64,000 nt of DNA from NCBI GenBank assembly GCA_965237675.1, contig OZ250150.1, positions 1,216,001 to 1,280,000 of the forward strand. The letters run 5' to 3'. Below the pieces are notes generated by a model, which was not told where the DNA came from, ran no database searches, and worked only from the letters and a program-made list of their open reading frames with translations. Positions 50,783 through 61,117 of this stretch are shown here, piece after piece. Source of the stretch: Candidatus Latescibacterota bacterium (GTDB taxonomy: Bacteria; Latescibacterota; UBA2968; GCA-2709665). Every line of letters starts with the position of its first letter. Position 1 is the first letter of the stretch. The position numbers and the translations under genes are program-made.

Positions 50783-51119
50783 AAAGGTTCAATCCGATTG
50801 GCGAATCTCTTCGACCTCTGCAGAAACAAACCTGTCCATTTGAACCGGCAATTCCTATGTCTCGTGGCGTTTCAAAGCGTTGCGCATGTCGCAAAATGCA
50901 ACATCCCGTACTATCGTACGGCCCAGCAGTGTTGTTGTCAACCCGAATCCTTGCGGAAGTTAAAAAACAAAACCCGATGGGAAAACCAACCCACCGGACT
51001 ATTCATATCGCCGATATCCTGGCGCGGCTTCGCCACGCTCAGCCGCAACCGAAACTGTAACGCTTATATGCGCCGCCGAATCATCCGCAAAATGCGTCCG
51101 TCACACCTGCGCCTACACT

Positions 51120-51386
51120 CTGAGGAAGCCGTCAGGCTGACGAAGCATCTCCTGCTCGCGTCGAATGATGCCCGAGTGCCTGTCGCTGAGCCAGGCCTGC
51201 CAGGCAGCACAACTGCTTTCTCTTCAGGCGCCGGCATCCACGGATGGGCGCCTACGCCCTGAGCCGCTCCCTGAGCTTGTCGAAGGGTCGGCGAAGGGTA
51301 GCCGAAACACGGGCGCTTCGACAAGCTCAACGCACGCAGCGTCCATGTTTCGGTCGGCGCGTTTCGACTACGCTCAGAATGACAGG
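51120..51386. repeat. Cluster of MITE/REP-like palindromic repeats
   Basis: CTGAGGAAGCCG(T/A)CAGGCTGACGAAGCATCTC also at 54108-54139; TGAGCTTGTCGAAG/CTTCGACAAGCTCA 14-bp inverted repeat; TTCGACT.CGCTCAGA.TGACAGG also at 53992-54015. Confidence 0.75.
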
Positions 51387-51787
51387 TCGGCCGATCAGGC
51401 CAGTAAGATCCCTTCAACGATCCCCGGCGCCGCAGGCACGCCGTAAACGCCAGTCCCTACCCTTGACCCTTTATCATTGACACGAATCCCTGAACAAGCC
51501 GTATGAATAATCATGTACCCAATTTGCGTAAAAGTCACACTGTAAGACTCGAAACTATAACTGACGTTTCACAGTATTCAGACAGGCCACACCAAGAGCA
51601 ACCCCCCGACTGCTCGGTCGCCGGAGAGAGTCCCCGAGCGCCTGTTGTCGGGGAATCTTTTTTGTCCCGGGCGGAACTTTGAGGTATATTTAACGCTTTC
51701 TGTTTCGACGTGCCGACTGCAACGCAAAATTGTGGATTTCGGGGCGGCGCCCCTGGAACTTCGGAAGATTGGAGGGATGTTTCGACT

Positions 51788-53047
51788 ATGTCCGACTTGA
51801 TACCGCCTCATGGCGGATTGTCTGCGCCGGTTTGTTGCATGGTTCCGGCCGACGAGAGGGACACTTTCCGCGAGAACGCATCAAAGCTGACGCCGGTTCC
51901 CGTCAGCGACGCCGATCTGTCCACCGTGTACCGTTTTGGCGACGGCGGGCTGAGTCCGCTCACGGGGCCCATGGACGCGTCCACCTACCACAGGGTGCTT
52001 GACGAGAGCGTCATCGCTTCCAACGGAGAAATCTACGCGTGGACCATTCCTTTGGCTTTACCGATAGAGAGCGGCCTGGCCGGGCAACTCGAGGTCGGAC
52101 AGACGGTTGCCCTTGTGCGTCAAGACAGGGAACTCGTGGCCACGCTGGAAATCAGCGACGTCTTCCCCTGGGACAAGCAGGCGTATCTCAAAAGCGTCTA
52201 CCTCACCGAGCGGACCGACCATCCGGGTGCGGATATGGTCCTGAGCGGAGATGCGGACAAGAACCACCTTCTGGGAGGGAAAATCAGGGTTTTGCCGCAG
52301 CCGAAGCACCCTGCGTTCGGTCGTTATATGTATACACCCGCAGCGGTCCGCAGTCTCCTGTCCAAAACGGGCTGGCAGCGGGTGGTTGCGTTTCAGACCC
52401 GAAACCCGCTGCACCGTGCGCACGAATATGCCCTGGTCTACGGACTGGAAACGCTGATTCGGCAGGGGACCAACGCGGGGGCCTGTCTGAACCCTCTGGT
52501 CGGAGAAACCAAGTCGGACGACGTCAACGCGGAGATCCGGATGCGGACCTACGAAGCGCTGATCGAGTCTCGCGGGTTGGGGGAGGGGGATAGCGATGCC
52601 GATTTGTGGAAACCCAGGGGCGAGGCCGTGCCGGACCGGGTGATGCTCATCGGCCTGGATATCAAGATGTTCTACGCCGGTCCCAAAGAGGCGGTTATGC
52701 ACGCCCTATACCGCCAGAATTACGGCTTTACCGATATTATCATCGGCCGCAAACACGCCGATGCGCCCTATCACGACGGCAGTCCGATCTGGGGAGATTT
52801 CGACGCGCAGGAGGTGTTCCGCCATCTGAACGGAAACCTGGAGATCCAGCCGCTGAACGTGGGATTCGCGGCGTTCTACGAGTCGCTGGGGCGGGTGGAT
52901 TTAATGGAGAACCATCCCAGTGAACAACCGGTGTTCATTTCGGGAAAGCAGGTGCGGGATATGCTGATGAGCGGGGAGGCGGTGGATCCGCGGATTATGC
53001 GGCCCGGCACATCCCGGATTCTGAGCGAGGCCATGGCGAGAACGTGA
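51788..53047 (+). CDS. sat: Sulfate adenylyltransferase (Sat type)
   Basis: [49 protein letters not shown]. Confidence 0.93.
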   Translation: MSDLIPPHGGLSAPVCCMVPADERDTFRENASKLTPVPVSDADLSTVYRFGDGGLSPLTGPMDASTYHRVLDESVIASNGEIYAWTIPLALPIESGLAGQLEVGQTVALVRQDRELVATLEISDVFPWDKQAYLKSVYLTERTDHPGADMVLSGDADKNHLLGGKIRVLPQPKHPAFGRYMYTPAAVRSLLSKTGWQRVVAFQTRNPLHRAHEYALVYGLETLIRQGTNAGACLNPLVGETKSDDVNAEIRMRTYEALIESRGLGEGDSDADLWKPRGEAVPDRVMLIGLDIKMFYAGPKEAVMHALYRQNYGFTDIIIGRKHADAPYHDGSPIWGDFDAQEVFRHLNGNLEIQPLNVGFAAFYESLGRVDLMENHPSEQPVFISGKQVRDMLMSGEAVDPRIMRPGTSRILSEAMART

Positions 53048-53233
53048 GATCCTCCGAATGGGCATGGAACGATGTGCGGGATGCGTCCGTAACCTGTCGC
53101 CCATTTCGTGCCGGCGCCGAATTTGAGGGAATGGCCTTGACAATGATGGGCGTATAGGATAAATTGGGCGGGCTTTGGAAGCTGGCAAACCAGTCGTATA
53201 TTCACGCGTCATCTGTGGGAAGAAGGGGAAGCG

Positions 53234-53857
53234 ATGCACGAGTTCCTGTTGAACGAAGATCCGGAGGAAGAAGAAGAGGAGGAGGAGGCGCAGCCGGGCG
53301 GCCACGGCGGCGAGTTCATCGTCAGAAGCCTGATCAAGGCGCGCACCATTCTGATCTCCGATCCCATCGACCATAAACTGACAACGCGGGTGATTGCCCA
53401 GTTGTTGCTGATGGACAGCGACGATCTTGAAAAACCCATCACGATTTTGATCAACTCGCCGGGGGGCAACGCGGACGACGGGTTCGCAATTTACGACATG
53501 ATTCGCTTCATTCGTCCGCCGGTGAAAATTATCAGTGTGGGATTGTCCGCCAGCGCGGCCACGGTGATTATGCTGGCCGCGGAAAAAGAGTACCGATTCG
53601 CGCTGCCGAACGCACGAATAATGATCCATCAGCCTTCAATGCGGTATATAGGTGTTGCGGAAGACGTAAAACGCACGGCGGAACAGATTCTCAAACTTCG
53701 CGAGCGGATCAACGTACTGTATGCCCAGGAGACCGGGCAGCCACTGGACAAAGTGGTTGAAGATACGGATCGAGACTACTGGATGTCCGCACCGGAAGCG
53801 GTGGAATACGGTCTGATCAGCAGGGTGATTGGGCGTTTCAACGAACTTGACGGTTAG
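53234..53857 (+). CDS. clpP: ATP-dependent Clp protease proteolytic subunit
   Basis: INSPGG, SASAA (catalytic Ser), IMIHQP (His), DRDYWMSA.EA..YGLI. Confidence 0.95.
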   Translation: MHEFLLNEDPEEEEEEEEAQPGGHGGEFIVRSLIKARTILISDPIDHKLTTRVIAQLLLMDSDDLEKPITILINSPGGNADDGFAIYDMIRFIRPPVKIISVGLSASAATVIMLAAEKEYRFALPNARIMIHQPSMRYIGVAEDVKRTAEQILKLRERINVLYAQETGQPLDKVVEDTDRDYWMSAPEAVEYGLISRVIGRFNELDG

Positions 53858-53880
53858 TGGCGCAATGGTTTCGCGATTCA

Positions 53881-54310
53881 GCAGGGGCACAGAACGTCGT
53901 GCCCCTGCTTTGTTTGAATGGGGAGCGGTGCGATCAGGGGCGGGATGAGGATGCGCTTGAAAGCGGAAGTCCCTATTTCTGCGCGAGACGCTTCGACTCC
54001 GCTCAGAGTGACAGGCATGATTGGCGCCAGACGCGACCGGCGGCAATCGCATTGCGGGTTGGCCGAGGGACAGTCCATTAATTCTTGTGTATAAGCATCC
54101 TGTCATGCTGAGGAAGCCGACAGGCTGACGAAGCATCTCTTGCCCGGTCAATCGCAGTGACCGGTTGACCGTCGATGGGATGTGATGGCATCACCTGTCT
54201 AAAGGACGGGAGACGGGAGAGGACTACCCCGCCAACCCCCCGGGCCAGTCACCATTCAGCTATGAGCGGGCAGCGGCACAGCACCATGTGCCCCTGCCCT
54301 GTTTGAATTG
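53881..54310. repeat. Intergenic repeat cluster: two REP-like palindromes (53881-53908, 54270-54297) plus copies of the 51.1-51.4 kb elements
   Basis: GCAG.GGCAC...GTGCCCCTGC followed by TGTTTGAAT in both copies. Confidence 0.7.
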
Positions 54311-54319
54311 AAGGCACAA

Positions 54320-55351
54320 ATGTCCCGAGCCGACCGTTTCCTGAATGCATGCCGCCGCGAGGCGGTGGACGTCACGCCGGTCTGGCTGATGCGCCAGGCG
54401 GGCCGGTACATGCCCGAATACCGGAAGCTGAAGGAAAAATACGCCTTTCTGGAGATGGTGAAGACGCCGGATATCGCCACCGAGGTCACGTTGCAGCCCG
54501 TTGACGCGTTCAATGTGGACGCGGCCATTATTTTTCAGGATATCCTGCCGATCCTGGAGCCGATGGGCCTGGAACTGGAATACGTGGGGGGCGAAGGTCC
54601 CGTGATTCACAACCCGGTTCGGACGCCCGCGGACGTGGAAGCCCTGGCCATTCGTCCCGCTGCGGAAGCCATGGACTTCGCCGCTACAGCCATCCGCCAG
54701 GTCCGGCGTGCGCTGGACGGCAGGGTTCCGCTGATCGGGTTTTCCGGGGCGCCGTTTACGCTGGTCTGTTATGCGGTGGAAGGCGGCGCTTCACGGGACT
54801 ACCGGCTTGCCAAGGGCCTCATGTACGAACAGCCGGAGACCTGGCGGCGCCTGATGGAAAAAATGTCCGTGGCCGTAGGGGACTATCTTCAGGTTCAGGC
54901 GGCGGCCGGGGTCCAGGCGCTGCAACTGTTCGACAGCTGGGCGGGCGCGTTGAGCCCTGCGGATTATGAAACGCACGTGCTGCCCCATACCCGGCGTGTG
55001 ATTGAGATGGTCACGGCAACGTGCGACGTGCCGGTGATCCATTTCGGTACGGGCACGTCCGGCATTCTGCCGCTGTTGAAGCGGGCGGGCGGTGACGTGA
55101 TCGGGGTGGACTGGCGGATTGAACTGGACGAGGCATGGAATCGGTTGGGGCCGGAGGTTGCGGTGCAGGGGAATCTGGATCCGACGGTGCTGTTTGCACC
55201 GGTGCCGGTGATCGAAAGGCAGGCCGCCCGGATCCTGGATCGTGTGCGGGGACGGCGGGGACATATCTTCAATCTCGGCCACGGCATCCTGCAACACACC
55301 CCGGTAGCGCACGTGGCCGCGCTGGTCGATTTCGTACACGCCTGCGGATAG
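54320..55351 (+). CDS. hemE: Uroporphyrinogen decarboxylase
   Basis: PVWLMRQAGRYMPEY, GFSGAPFTL, FNLGHG. Confidence 0.97.
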   Translation: MSRADRFLNACRREAVDVTPVWLMRQAGRYMPEYRKLKEKYAFLEMVKTPDIATEVTLQPVDAFNVDAAIIFQDILPILEPMGLELEYVGGEGPVIHNPVRTPADVEALAIRPAAEAMDFAATAIRQVRRALDGRVPLIGFSGAPFTLVCYAVEGGASRDYRLAKGLMYEQPETWRRLMEKMSVAVGDYLQVQAAAGVQALQLFDSWAGALSPADYETHVLPHTRRVIEMVTATCDVPVIHFGTGTSGILPLLKRAGGDVIGVDWRIELDEAWNRLGPEVAVQGNLDPTVLFAPVPVIERQAARILDRVRGRRGHIFNLGHGILQHTPVAHVAALVDFVHACG

Positions 55352-55357
55352 GGGACA

Positions 55358-56275
55358 ATGAAGAAAAAAGCGGTGTTAATGCTTGCATACGGCAGTCCGG
55401 ATTCTCTGGATGACATGGAGGCGTACCTGAACGACATTCGCGGGGGGCGGCCGATGTCCCGCGAATTTGTGGCGGAATTCAAGAGCCGTTACGCGCAGAT
55501 CGGAGGCCGGTCTCCGCTTAACACAAACACATTTGAACAGGCGGACCGGACGGAGCGGGTGTTGCGGGCTCGCGGGCATGACGTGTGCGTTTACGTGGGA
55601 ATGCGGCACTGGTCTCCGTGGATTGGAGACACGGTCGACCGGATGCACGCCGATGGCGTGGAGGCGGCGGCGGCCATTGTCATGGCGCCGCACTACTCGA
55701 GTCTGAGCATCGAAAGGTACCGGGATGCCATGGATCGCGCCAGGGATGCGGGGGGAAGCGGGATTCGGTTTTCGTTCGTGGATTCGTGGTGGCGGCAACC
55801 CCGGCTGCTGGATGTGCAGGAAGCCCACGTTCGTGCCGCGCTGGCAGCGTTCTCGCGTGCAGACCGAGACAACGCGAAAGTCGTCTTTACGGCGCATAGC
55901 CTGCCGGAACGCCTGTTGAAGATGGGCGATCCGTACGATGAAGAGTTGAAGGGCAACGCGAGAGCCGTGGCGAAACGCCTTGGAGACGTGGACTGGATGT
56001 TTTCCTACCAGAGTGCCGCTCACACGGGAGAGCCATGGCTGGGTCCTCAGATCGAAGACGTGATCCCGGATCTGGCCGACGAAGGGTACCGGCATGTGCT
56101 TGTGGCGCCTATCGGATTCGTCTGCGACCACGTGGAGATCCTGTACGATATCGATATCGGGGTCCAGGCCATCGCGAGGTCGCGGGGCGTGAACGTGAAG
56201 CGCATCGCGTCCATGAACAGCGACCCCGCGTTTATCGAAGCGGTGGCCGACGCGGTGGAAGAGAAGCTGAACTAG
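55358..56275 (+). CDS. hemH: Ferrochelatase (coproporphyrin ferrochelatase-like)
   Basis: LAYGSP, RY..IGG.SPL, FTAHSLP, WLGP, GFVCDHVEILYDID. Confidence 0.95.
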   Translation: MKKKAVLMLAYGSPDSLDDMEAYLNDIRGGRPMSREFVAEFKSRYAQIGGRSPLNTNTFEQADRTERVLRARGHDVCVYVGMRHWSPWIGDTVDRMHADGVEAAAAIVMAPHYSSLSIERYRDAMDRARDAGGSGIRFSFVDSWWRQPRLLDVQEAHVRAALAAFSRADRDNAKVVFTAHSLPERLLKMGDPYDEELKGNARAVAKRLGDVDWMFSYQSAAHTGEPWLGPQIEDVIPDLADEGYRHVLVAPIGFVCDHVEILYDIDIGVQAIARSRGVNVKRIASMNSDPAFIEAVADAVEEKLN

Positions 56276-56343
56276 GTTCTGCCCCGGTATCCGGACGCTT
56301 CCAATCCGCGCACCGACTCCCGGCGCTATGTTGAGGTTCTGAT

Positions 56344-57738
56344 ATGCATGTGACCATCGTTGGCGGGGGAATTGCGGGGTTGGCAACCGCTTTTTATCTG
56401 CAGGAAAAGGCCGAAGCGCACGGGATGGAGGTGGATTACACGCTTGTTGAGGCGGGGGAGCGATGGGGCGGAGAAATTGTGACCGAGCGGATCAACGGGT
56501 TCACCATCGAAGGCGGGCCCGATTTGCTTTTAACGCGAAAACCGTGGGGCATCGGGCTCTGCCTGGACCTGGGGCTTGAGAATCGACTGATTGCGCCCAA
56601 CGAGGAACGGCGGAAGACCTTTCTGGTGCAGGAGGGTGACCTGGTGCCGTTCCCGGAAGATTTCACACTGATTCCCTCACGGTTTGTGCCCGTCGCCCGC
56701 TCCCCGCTGCTTTCGATTCGGGGTAAGCTGCGAATGGGGTTGGACTGGTTTGTCCGACCCCGGGCGACGACGGACGATGAGAGCCTGGCATCGTTTGTCC
56801 GGCGCCGTTTGGGGCAGGAAGCACTCGACAAGATCGGTGGGCCGATGCTGGCGGGCATTCATGGGGCGGACCCGGAGCGGCTGAGCCTGCTGGCCACTTT
56901 TCCGCAGTTTGCGGAAATGGAGCGCAAATACGGGAGCCTGATCAGAGCGGTGCGGGCCGGCCTCAAAAACCGGCCGTCTTCCGGCGATACCAAACCGGCG
57001 CCGCCGATGTTCCAGACCCTGATCGGCGGGCTCGGAGAACTGGTTGAGGCGATCGTGAACCGCCTGCGGGGCGGCCTGCGCACGATGTGTCCGGTAACGG
57101 GACTGGCGCCGGTCCAGCGCGGATTTGAGGTATCGCTGGGCGGGGAGGAGTTGAAGACCGATGTCGTGGTACTGGCCACACCCGCATTTGTAACGGCCGA
57201 TCTGCTGGCGGGTATCGCGCCCCGGTTGTCGGCGCAACTCCGGCGGATCCGTTACGTTTCCTCCGGGACGGTGGCGCTGGCCTACCGGAAGGCGGATGTT
57301 CTGGCGCAGCATGACATCGATGGCTTCGGATTCCTGGTTCCCAAATCGGAGGGCCGCCGGATGACGGGGTGCACCTGGGTGTCGTCCAAGCTTGGCCATC
57401 GGGCGCCGGATGACGGCGTGTTAATCAGGGGATTCGTCGGCGGCGATGCGCAGGAAGAGGTGGTCGAGATGCCCGACGAGGCGCTTGTGCGTGCGGTGCG
57501 TGAAGACCTCGCACACGTGATGGGGCTGACCGCCGAGCCGCTGTTCACCCGGATTCACCGCTGGCGGAAAGGCAGGCCCCAATTCGACGTGGGACACCTG
57601 GATCGCTTAGCGAAGATGGAAACGCTTGCCGATGAGCTTCCGGGGTTGTACCTGACCGGCAGTGCCTATCGGGGTTCCTCTGTACCCGATTGCGTCAGGC
57701 AGGCAATGGAAACCGCGGATCGGATTCTGGGACTGTAA
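56344..57738 (+). CDS. hemY: HemY-type proto/coproporphyrinogen oxidase
   Basis: [33 protein letters not shown]. Confidence 0.93.
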   Translation: MHVTIVGGGIAGLATAFYLQEKAEAHGMEVDYTLVEAGERWGGEIVTERINGFTIEGGPDLLLTRKPWGIGLCLDLGLENRLIAPNEERRKTFLVQEGDLVPFPEDFTLIPSRFVPVARSPLLSIRGKLRMGLDWFVRPRATTDDESLASFVRRRLGQEALDKIGGPMLAGIHGADPERLSLLATFPQFAEMERKYGSLIRAVRAGLKNRPSSGDTKPAPPMFQTLIGGLGELVEAIVNRLRGGLRTMCPVTGLAPVQRGFEVSLGGEELKTDVVVLATPAFVTADLLAGIAPRLSAQLRRIRYVSSGTVALAYRKADVLAQHDIDGFGFLVPKSEGRRMTGCTWVSSKLGHRAPDDGVLIRGFVGGDAQEEVVEMPDEALVRAVREDLAHVMGLTAEPLFTRIHRWRKGRPQFDVGHLDRLAKMETLADELPGLYLTGSAYRGSSVPDCVRQAMETADRILGL

Positions 57739-57774
57739 ACATCCCGCACGCACGCGGTCCACTCCATGGCAAAG

Positions 57775-57807
57775 GAAAAAGGGGCGAAAGTATCTCGCCC
57801 CTTTTTC
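57775..57807. terminator. Bidirectional intrinsic terminator between hemY and serS
   Basis: GAAAAAGGGGCGA-AAGTATC-TCGCCCCTTTTTC. Confidence 0.8.
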
Positions 57808-57892
57808 TCGTGTTCGGATTTTCAGCGTTCGTTTATGGTCCCGCGCGACGACCCGCCCGGGATTGAAGGAAATTCCCCGGTGGGTTGGCGTT

Positions 57893-59179
57893 CTAGGCTA
57901 CGGGCTCCAGAATCTCCTGGCCGCCCATATACGGGCGAAGTGCTTCCGGAATGATCGCCGTGCCGTCAGGTCGCTGGCTCTGCTCGACAATGGCGGGAAT
58001 CAGACGGCTGGTCGCCAGGCCCGAGGCGTTGAGCGTATGCACAAATTCGTTCCGGGCGGTTTCGGCGCGTTTGAACCGGATGTGGCCGCGCCGGGCCTGG
58101 TAGTCGTGCGCGTTGGATGCCGAACTGACTTCCTTGTATTCCCCCATGCTCGGAATCCAGATCTCGATGTCGTAGGTTTTGGCCATGGATGCGCTGGAAT
58201 CCTGGGCCGCCAGTTTGGAAACACGGTGGTGCAACGCCAGGCCCTGGACGAGGCGTTCGGCCTTTGCGATCAGTTCTTCCAGGGCCCGTTCCGAGTCTTC
58301 GGGACGCGTGAACTGAAAGATCTCGACCTTGTTGAACTGGTGCCCCCGGATCATGCCGCGTTCCTGGGCCCGATAACTGCCGGCCTCTCTGCGGTAGCAG
58401 GGCGTATAGGAAAAGTATTTCCGGGGCAGTTCCGCTTCGTGAAGGATTTCGTCCCGATGGAAGTTGATCAATGCGGTCTCCGACGTCGGCAACAGGAACC
58501 GGGGCTCCTTTTCGCTTTCCCACTTCAGATGAAACACGTCGTCAGCGAATTTGGGAAACTGCCCCGCCGTGTAACCGCATTCATAGGTGAGCAGATGGGG
58601 CGGAAGCACGAATTCGTAGCCGTCGGCGAGGTGCGCGTCGACGAAGTAATTCAGGAGCGCCCACTCGAGCCGGGCGCCGGCGCCCCGGTAGAGCCAGAAT
58701 CCGGCGCCGCCCATTTTGACACCGCGCTCGTAGTCGATCAGCCCCAATGAAGTAACCAGGTCAACGTGGTCCTTGGCCCCCTCGCACAGTTCCGGCCTTT
58801 CGCCCCACGCACGCACGACCTCGTTGTTTTCCTTCCCTCCCGGGGGTACGTCGTCCGCCGGTATATTGGGCAGTTCCTCGAGAAAGCTCCGGATAAGGCG
58901 TTCAACGTTCGATAGTTCCGATTCGAGGGTTCTGATCGTCCCGGAAACCGTCCTCATTTCACTTTGGACATCGGCAGTATCCCGGCCCGCCTTCTTCATC
59001 TGGGGAAATTGCGCGGAAACCTTGTTTCGCCGTTCCCGCAGGCCCCCGATTCTGGCGATGAGAGCTCTCCGGTTCTGATCCCATTGGAGCAGATCCGCAA
59101 AATCCACCGTCTCCATGCGTTTCAGCAGCGCCTTCCGGACGCCCTGGGGATCTCTCCGAATCAGGTTCAGATCCAGCAT
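57893..59179 (-). CDS. serS: Serine-tRNA ligase
   Basis: LPTSET, CYRREAGS, GMIRGHQFNKVE, EVSSASN..DYQARR, TLNASGLA. Confidence 0.98.
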   Translation of the reverse strand: MLDLNLIRRDPQGVRKALLKRMETVDFADLLQWDQNRRALIARIGGLRERRNKVSAQFPQMKKAGRDTADVQSEMRTVSGTIRTLESELSNVERLIRSFLEELPNIPADDVPPGGKENNEVVRAWGERPELCEGAKDHVDLVTSLGLIDYERGVKMGGAGFWLYRGAGARLEWALLNYFVDAHLADGYEFVLPPHLLTYECGYTAGQFPKFADDVFHLKWESEKEPRFLLPTSETALINFHRDEILHEAELPRKYFSYTPCYRREAGSYRAQERGMIRGHQFNKVEIFQFTRPEDSERALEELIAKAERLVQGLALHHRVSKLAAQDSSASMAKTYDIEIWIPSMGEYKEVSSASNAHDYQARRGHIRFKRAETARNEFVHTLNASGLATSRLIPAIVEQSQRPDGTAIIPEALRPYMGGQEILEPVA

Positions 59180-59507
59180 ATCGATACCGCCTCCCGCCTC
59201 CAATACAGCAACCGGGTGAGTCCGGTGAGATCCTTCCGGCTGAACGGACAGTCAGGGGTCGATCAGTCCGTTCAGGTGTACGGGTGGATTTCACCACATT
59301 TTTCACACTGTGTGGCGCAATTGAACACTGTTGTCCCGCGTTCGACGGCTTCTTACTTTCGGCCCGTGCCCTGAAAATGCCCATAAACGCTTAAAAAATG
59401 GAAAACAACTTGTCCATTCCGACACTATGGCACGATATTCGCTGTATATCATGGGTGTTCATCATGACCGTTGTCGTTCTGTCACCCCTTTACGTACGAG
59501 GCCCGAA

Positions 59508-59678
59508 ATGGTTCTCAAAACAGCACTGAATCCACGCGACCGCCTGGCTTTTCTGGCACTATATTACGCGCTCCGGGGCAACGAGAAGCGATCGGAACAG
59601 CTACGTCGTGCGGTACGCCGGCACGATCAGGCCGTGATGGGCCGCCCGCAAGTCCACGGGATGCCGGCGGCCTTTTGA
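59508..59678 (+). CDS. Small hypothetical protein (56 aa)
   Basis: GAGG RBS, helical protein-like sequence, divergent from serS. Confidence 0.4.
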   Translation: MVLKTALNPRDRLAFLALYYALRGNEKRSEQLRRAVRRHDQAVMGRPQVHGMPAAF

Positions 59679-59920
59679 GCTATGGGTCAGGAGCCGCAAA
59701 CCTGTTTGCAGTTAAGCGGACCCGCTCTTCCATTCGTTCCAGATGGCGCGGGAGCGGCGAGACCTCTCCGGTTCGCGCTTCCTGAACCGGGAAATCGCCC
59801 CTTCCGTATCCCTACATCCTCAAAACCGGTGGCATACCGTACGTGACAGGCCATATTTCATGGTCTGTCTTTTTATAGCCACGAATCCCGGCCCCGTCTC
59901 TCCTGGCACCAATGCTGCCG

Positions 59921-60904
59921 CTATGTCAGGAATCTTCGGATGTTGAATTTTTCGTGGGGAAGTGTCTGCCGCGTGATCATATCCGCCAGTAGCCCGGTGC
60001 ACATGAACTGAACGCCCAGCACGGACAGCAGGATTCCCAAAAAAAGAAGCGGATGGCGGTTCTGAATGGTTCCCGTGCGTAACCACAGCAATGCGATAAA
60101 GCCATTCACGGCAACGCCCAATGCGCTCAGGAGTATTCCGATGGTGCCGAACAGGTGCAACGGACGGCCGATGTACCGTCCCAGGTACATCACAGTAAGC
60201 AGATCGAGGAATCCCTTGAGCAGACGCGTCCATCCGTACTTGGTTTCGCCGAAGCGGCGGGGACGGTGCTGGACAACGATTTCGTCGATGCGGTAGCCTT
60301 CCAGGTGGGCGAGAACGGGAATGTACCGATGGAGTTCGCCGTATATCTTGATGTCTCCCACCACTTCACGGCGGAAGGCTTTAAGGCCGCAGTTGAAGTC
60401 ATGGATCGGAATGCCCGAAAGCCGGCCGGTGACCCAGTTGAAGAACTTGGACGGGATGGTTTTGCTCAGGGGATCGAAGCGCTTCTTCTTCCATCCGGAC
60501 ACCAGGTCAGGTCCACTGTCGATTTTTTCGATCAGGCGAGGGATTTCCGCCGGATCGTCCTGAAGGTCGGCATCCATGGTGACAATCATCCGGCCCGCCG
60601 CGATGTCGAATCCCGCGGCGTACGCCGCGGCTTTGCCAAAGTTGCGGCGGAACTGAACGACCTTGACTTCGTCGTGGGCGTCGTAAAGTTGCTCCAGAAC
60701 CTGCATGGAGCCATCTGTGCTTCCATCGTCTATGAAAATGGCTTCAAAACTGCTCCCCGATGCCGCCATGGTCTCCCGGACCTGTTCCATCAGGGGACGA
60801 AGGCTGTCCGCTTCGTTCAGGAGCGGGATGACGATGGAGATATCAACCGTTCCCCCGGTTGGGGTATCGGGTTCGGCCAGGGGGTCGGTATGCGTATCCA
60901 TAGT
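59921..60904 (-). CDS. GT2 glycosyltransferase (ArnC/Dpm1-like polyprenol-phosphate glycosyltransferase)
   Basis: IDDGSTD, RNFGKAAA, DADLQDDP, HDFNCGLK, two C-terminal TMs. Confidence 0.93.
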   Translation of the reverse strand, partial: TMDTHTDPLAEPDTPTGGTVDISIVIPLLNEADSLRPLMEQVRETMAASGSSFEAIFIDDGSTDGSMQVLEQLYDAHDEVKVVQFRRNFGKAAAYAAGFDIAAGRMIVTMDADLQDDPAEIPRLIEKIDSGPDLVSGWKKKRFDPLSKTIPSKFFNWVTGRLSGIPIHDFNCGLKAFRREVVGDIKIYGELHRYIPVLAHLEGYRIDEIVVQHRPRRFGETKYGWTRLLKGFLDLLTVMYLGRYIGRPLHLFGTIGILLSALGVAVNGFIALLWLRTGTIQNRHPLLFLGILLSVLGVQFMCTGLLADMITRQTLPHEKFNIRRFLT

Positions 60905-61117
60905 TTCAAGCCCGCGATCATCGGTCAGCAATTGGCCCCTCCCATCGCCCCGCGGGCGAGAACCGGGAGGGTTGTGGCGCGATGGATTGCCTCTCCCTTC
61001 TCACCTTTCACGTCTCGTCACTTCCCAAGATAGCAAAGAAGGACCCGCTTTTCAAGTCCTGTATCGCCGCGCCGCGGGTTTCGGGGTGCCGGGAGGTTCC
61101 CCTGAAATTCCGGAACG

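Larger units (their letters stand above)
31202..51100. mobile_element. tRNA-anchored defence/TA genomic island (mosaic, no integrase seen, right border approximate)
   Basis: Abrupt switch from core genes to RM, TA, nuclease genes and gene fragments right after tRNA-Lys; heterogeneous base composition. Confidence 0.7.
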
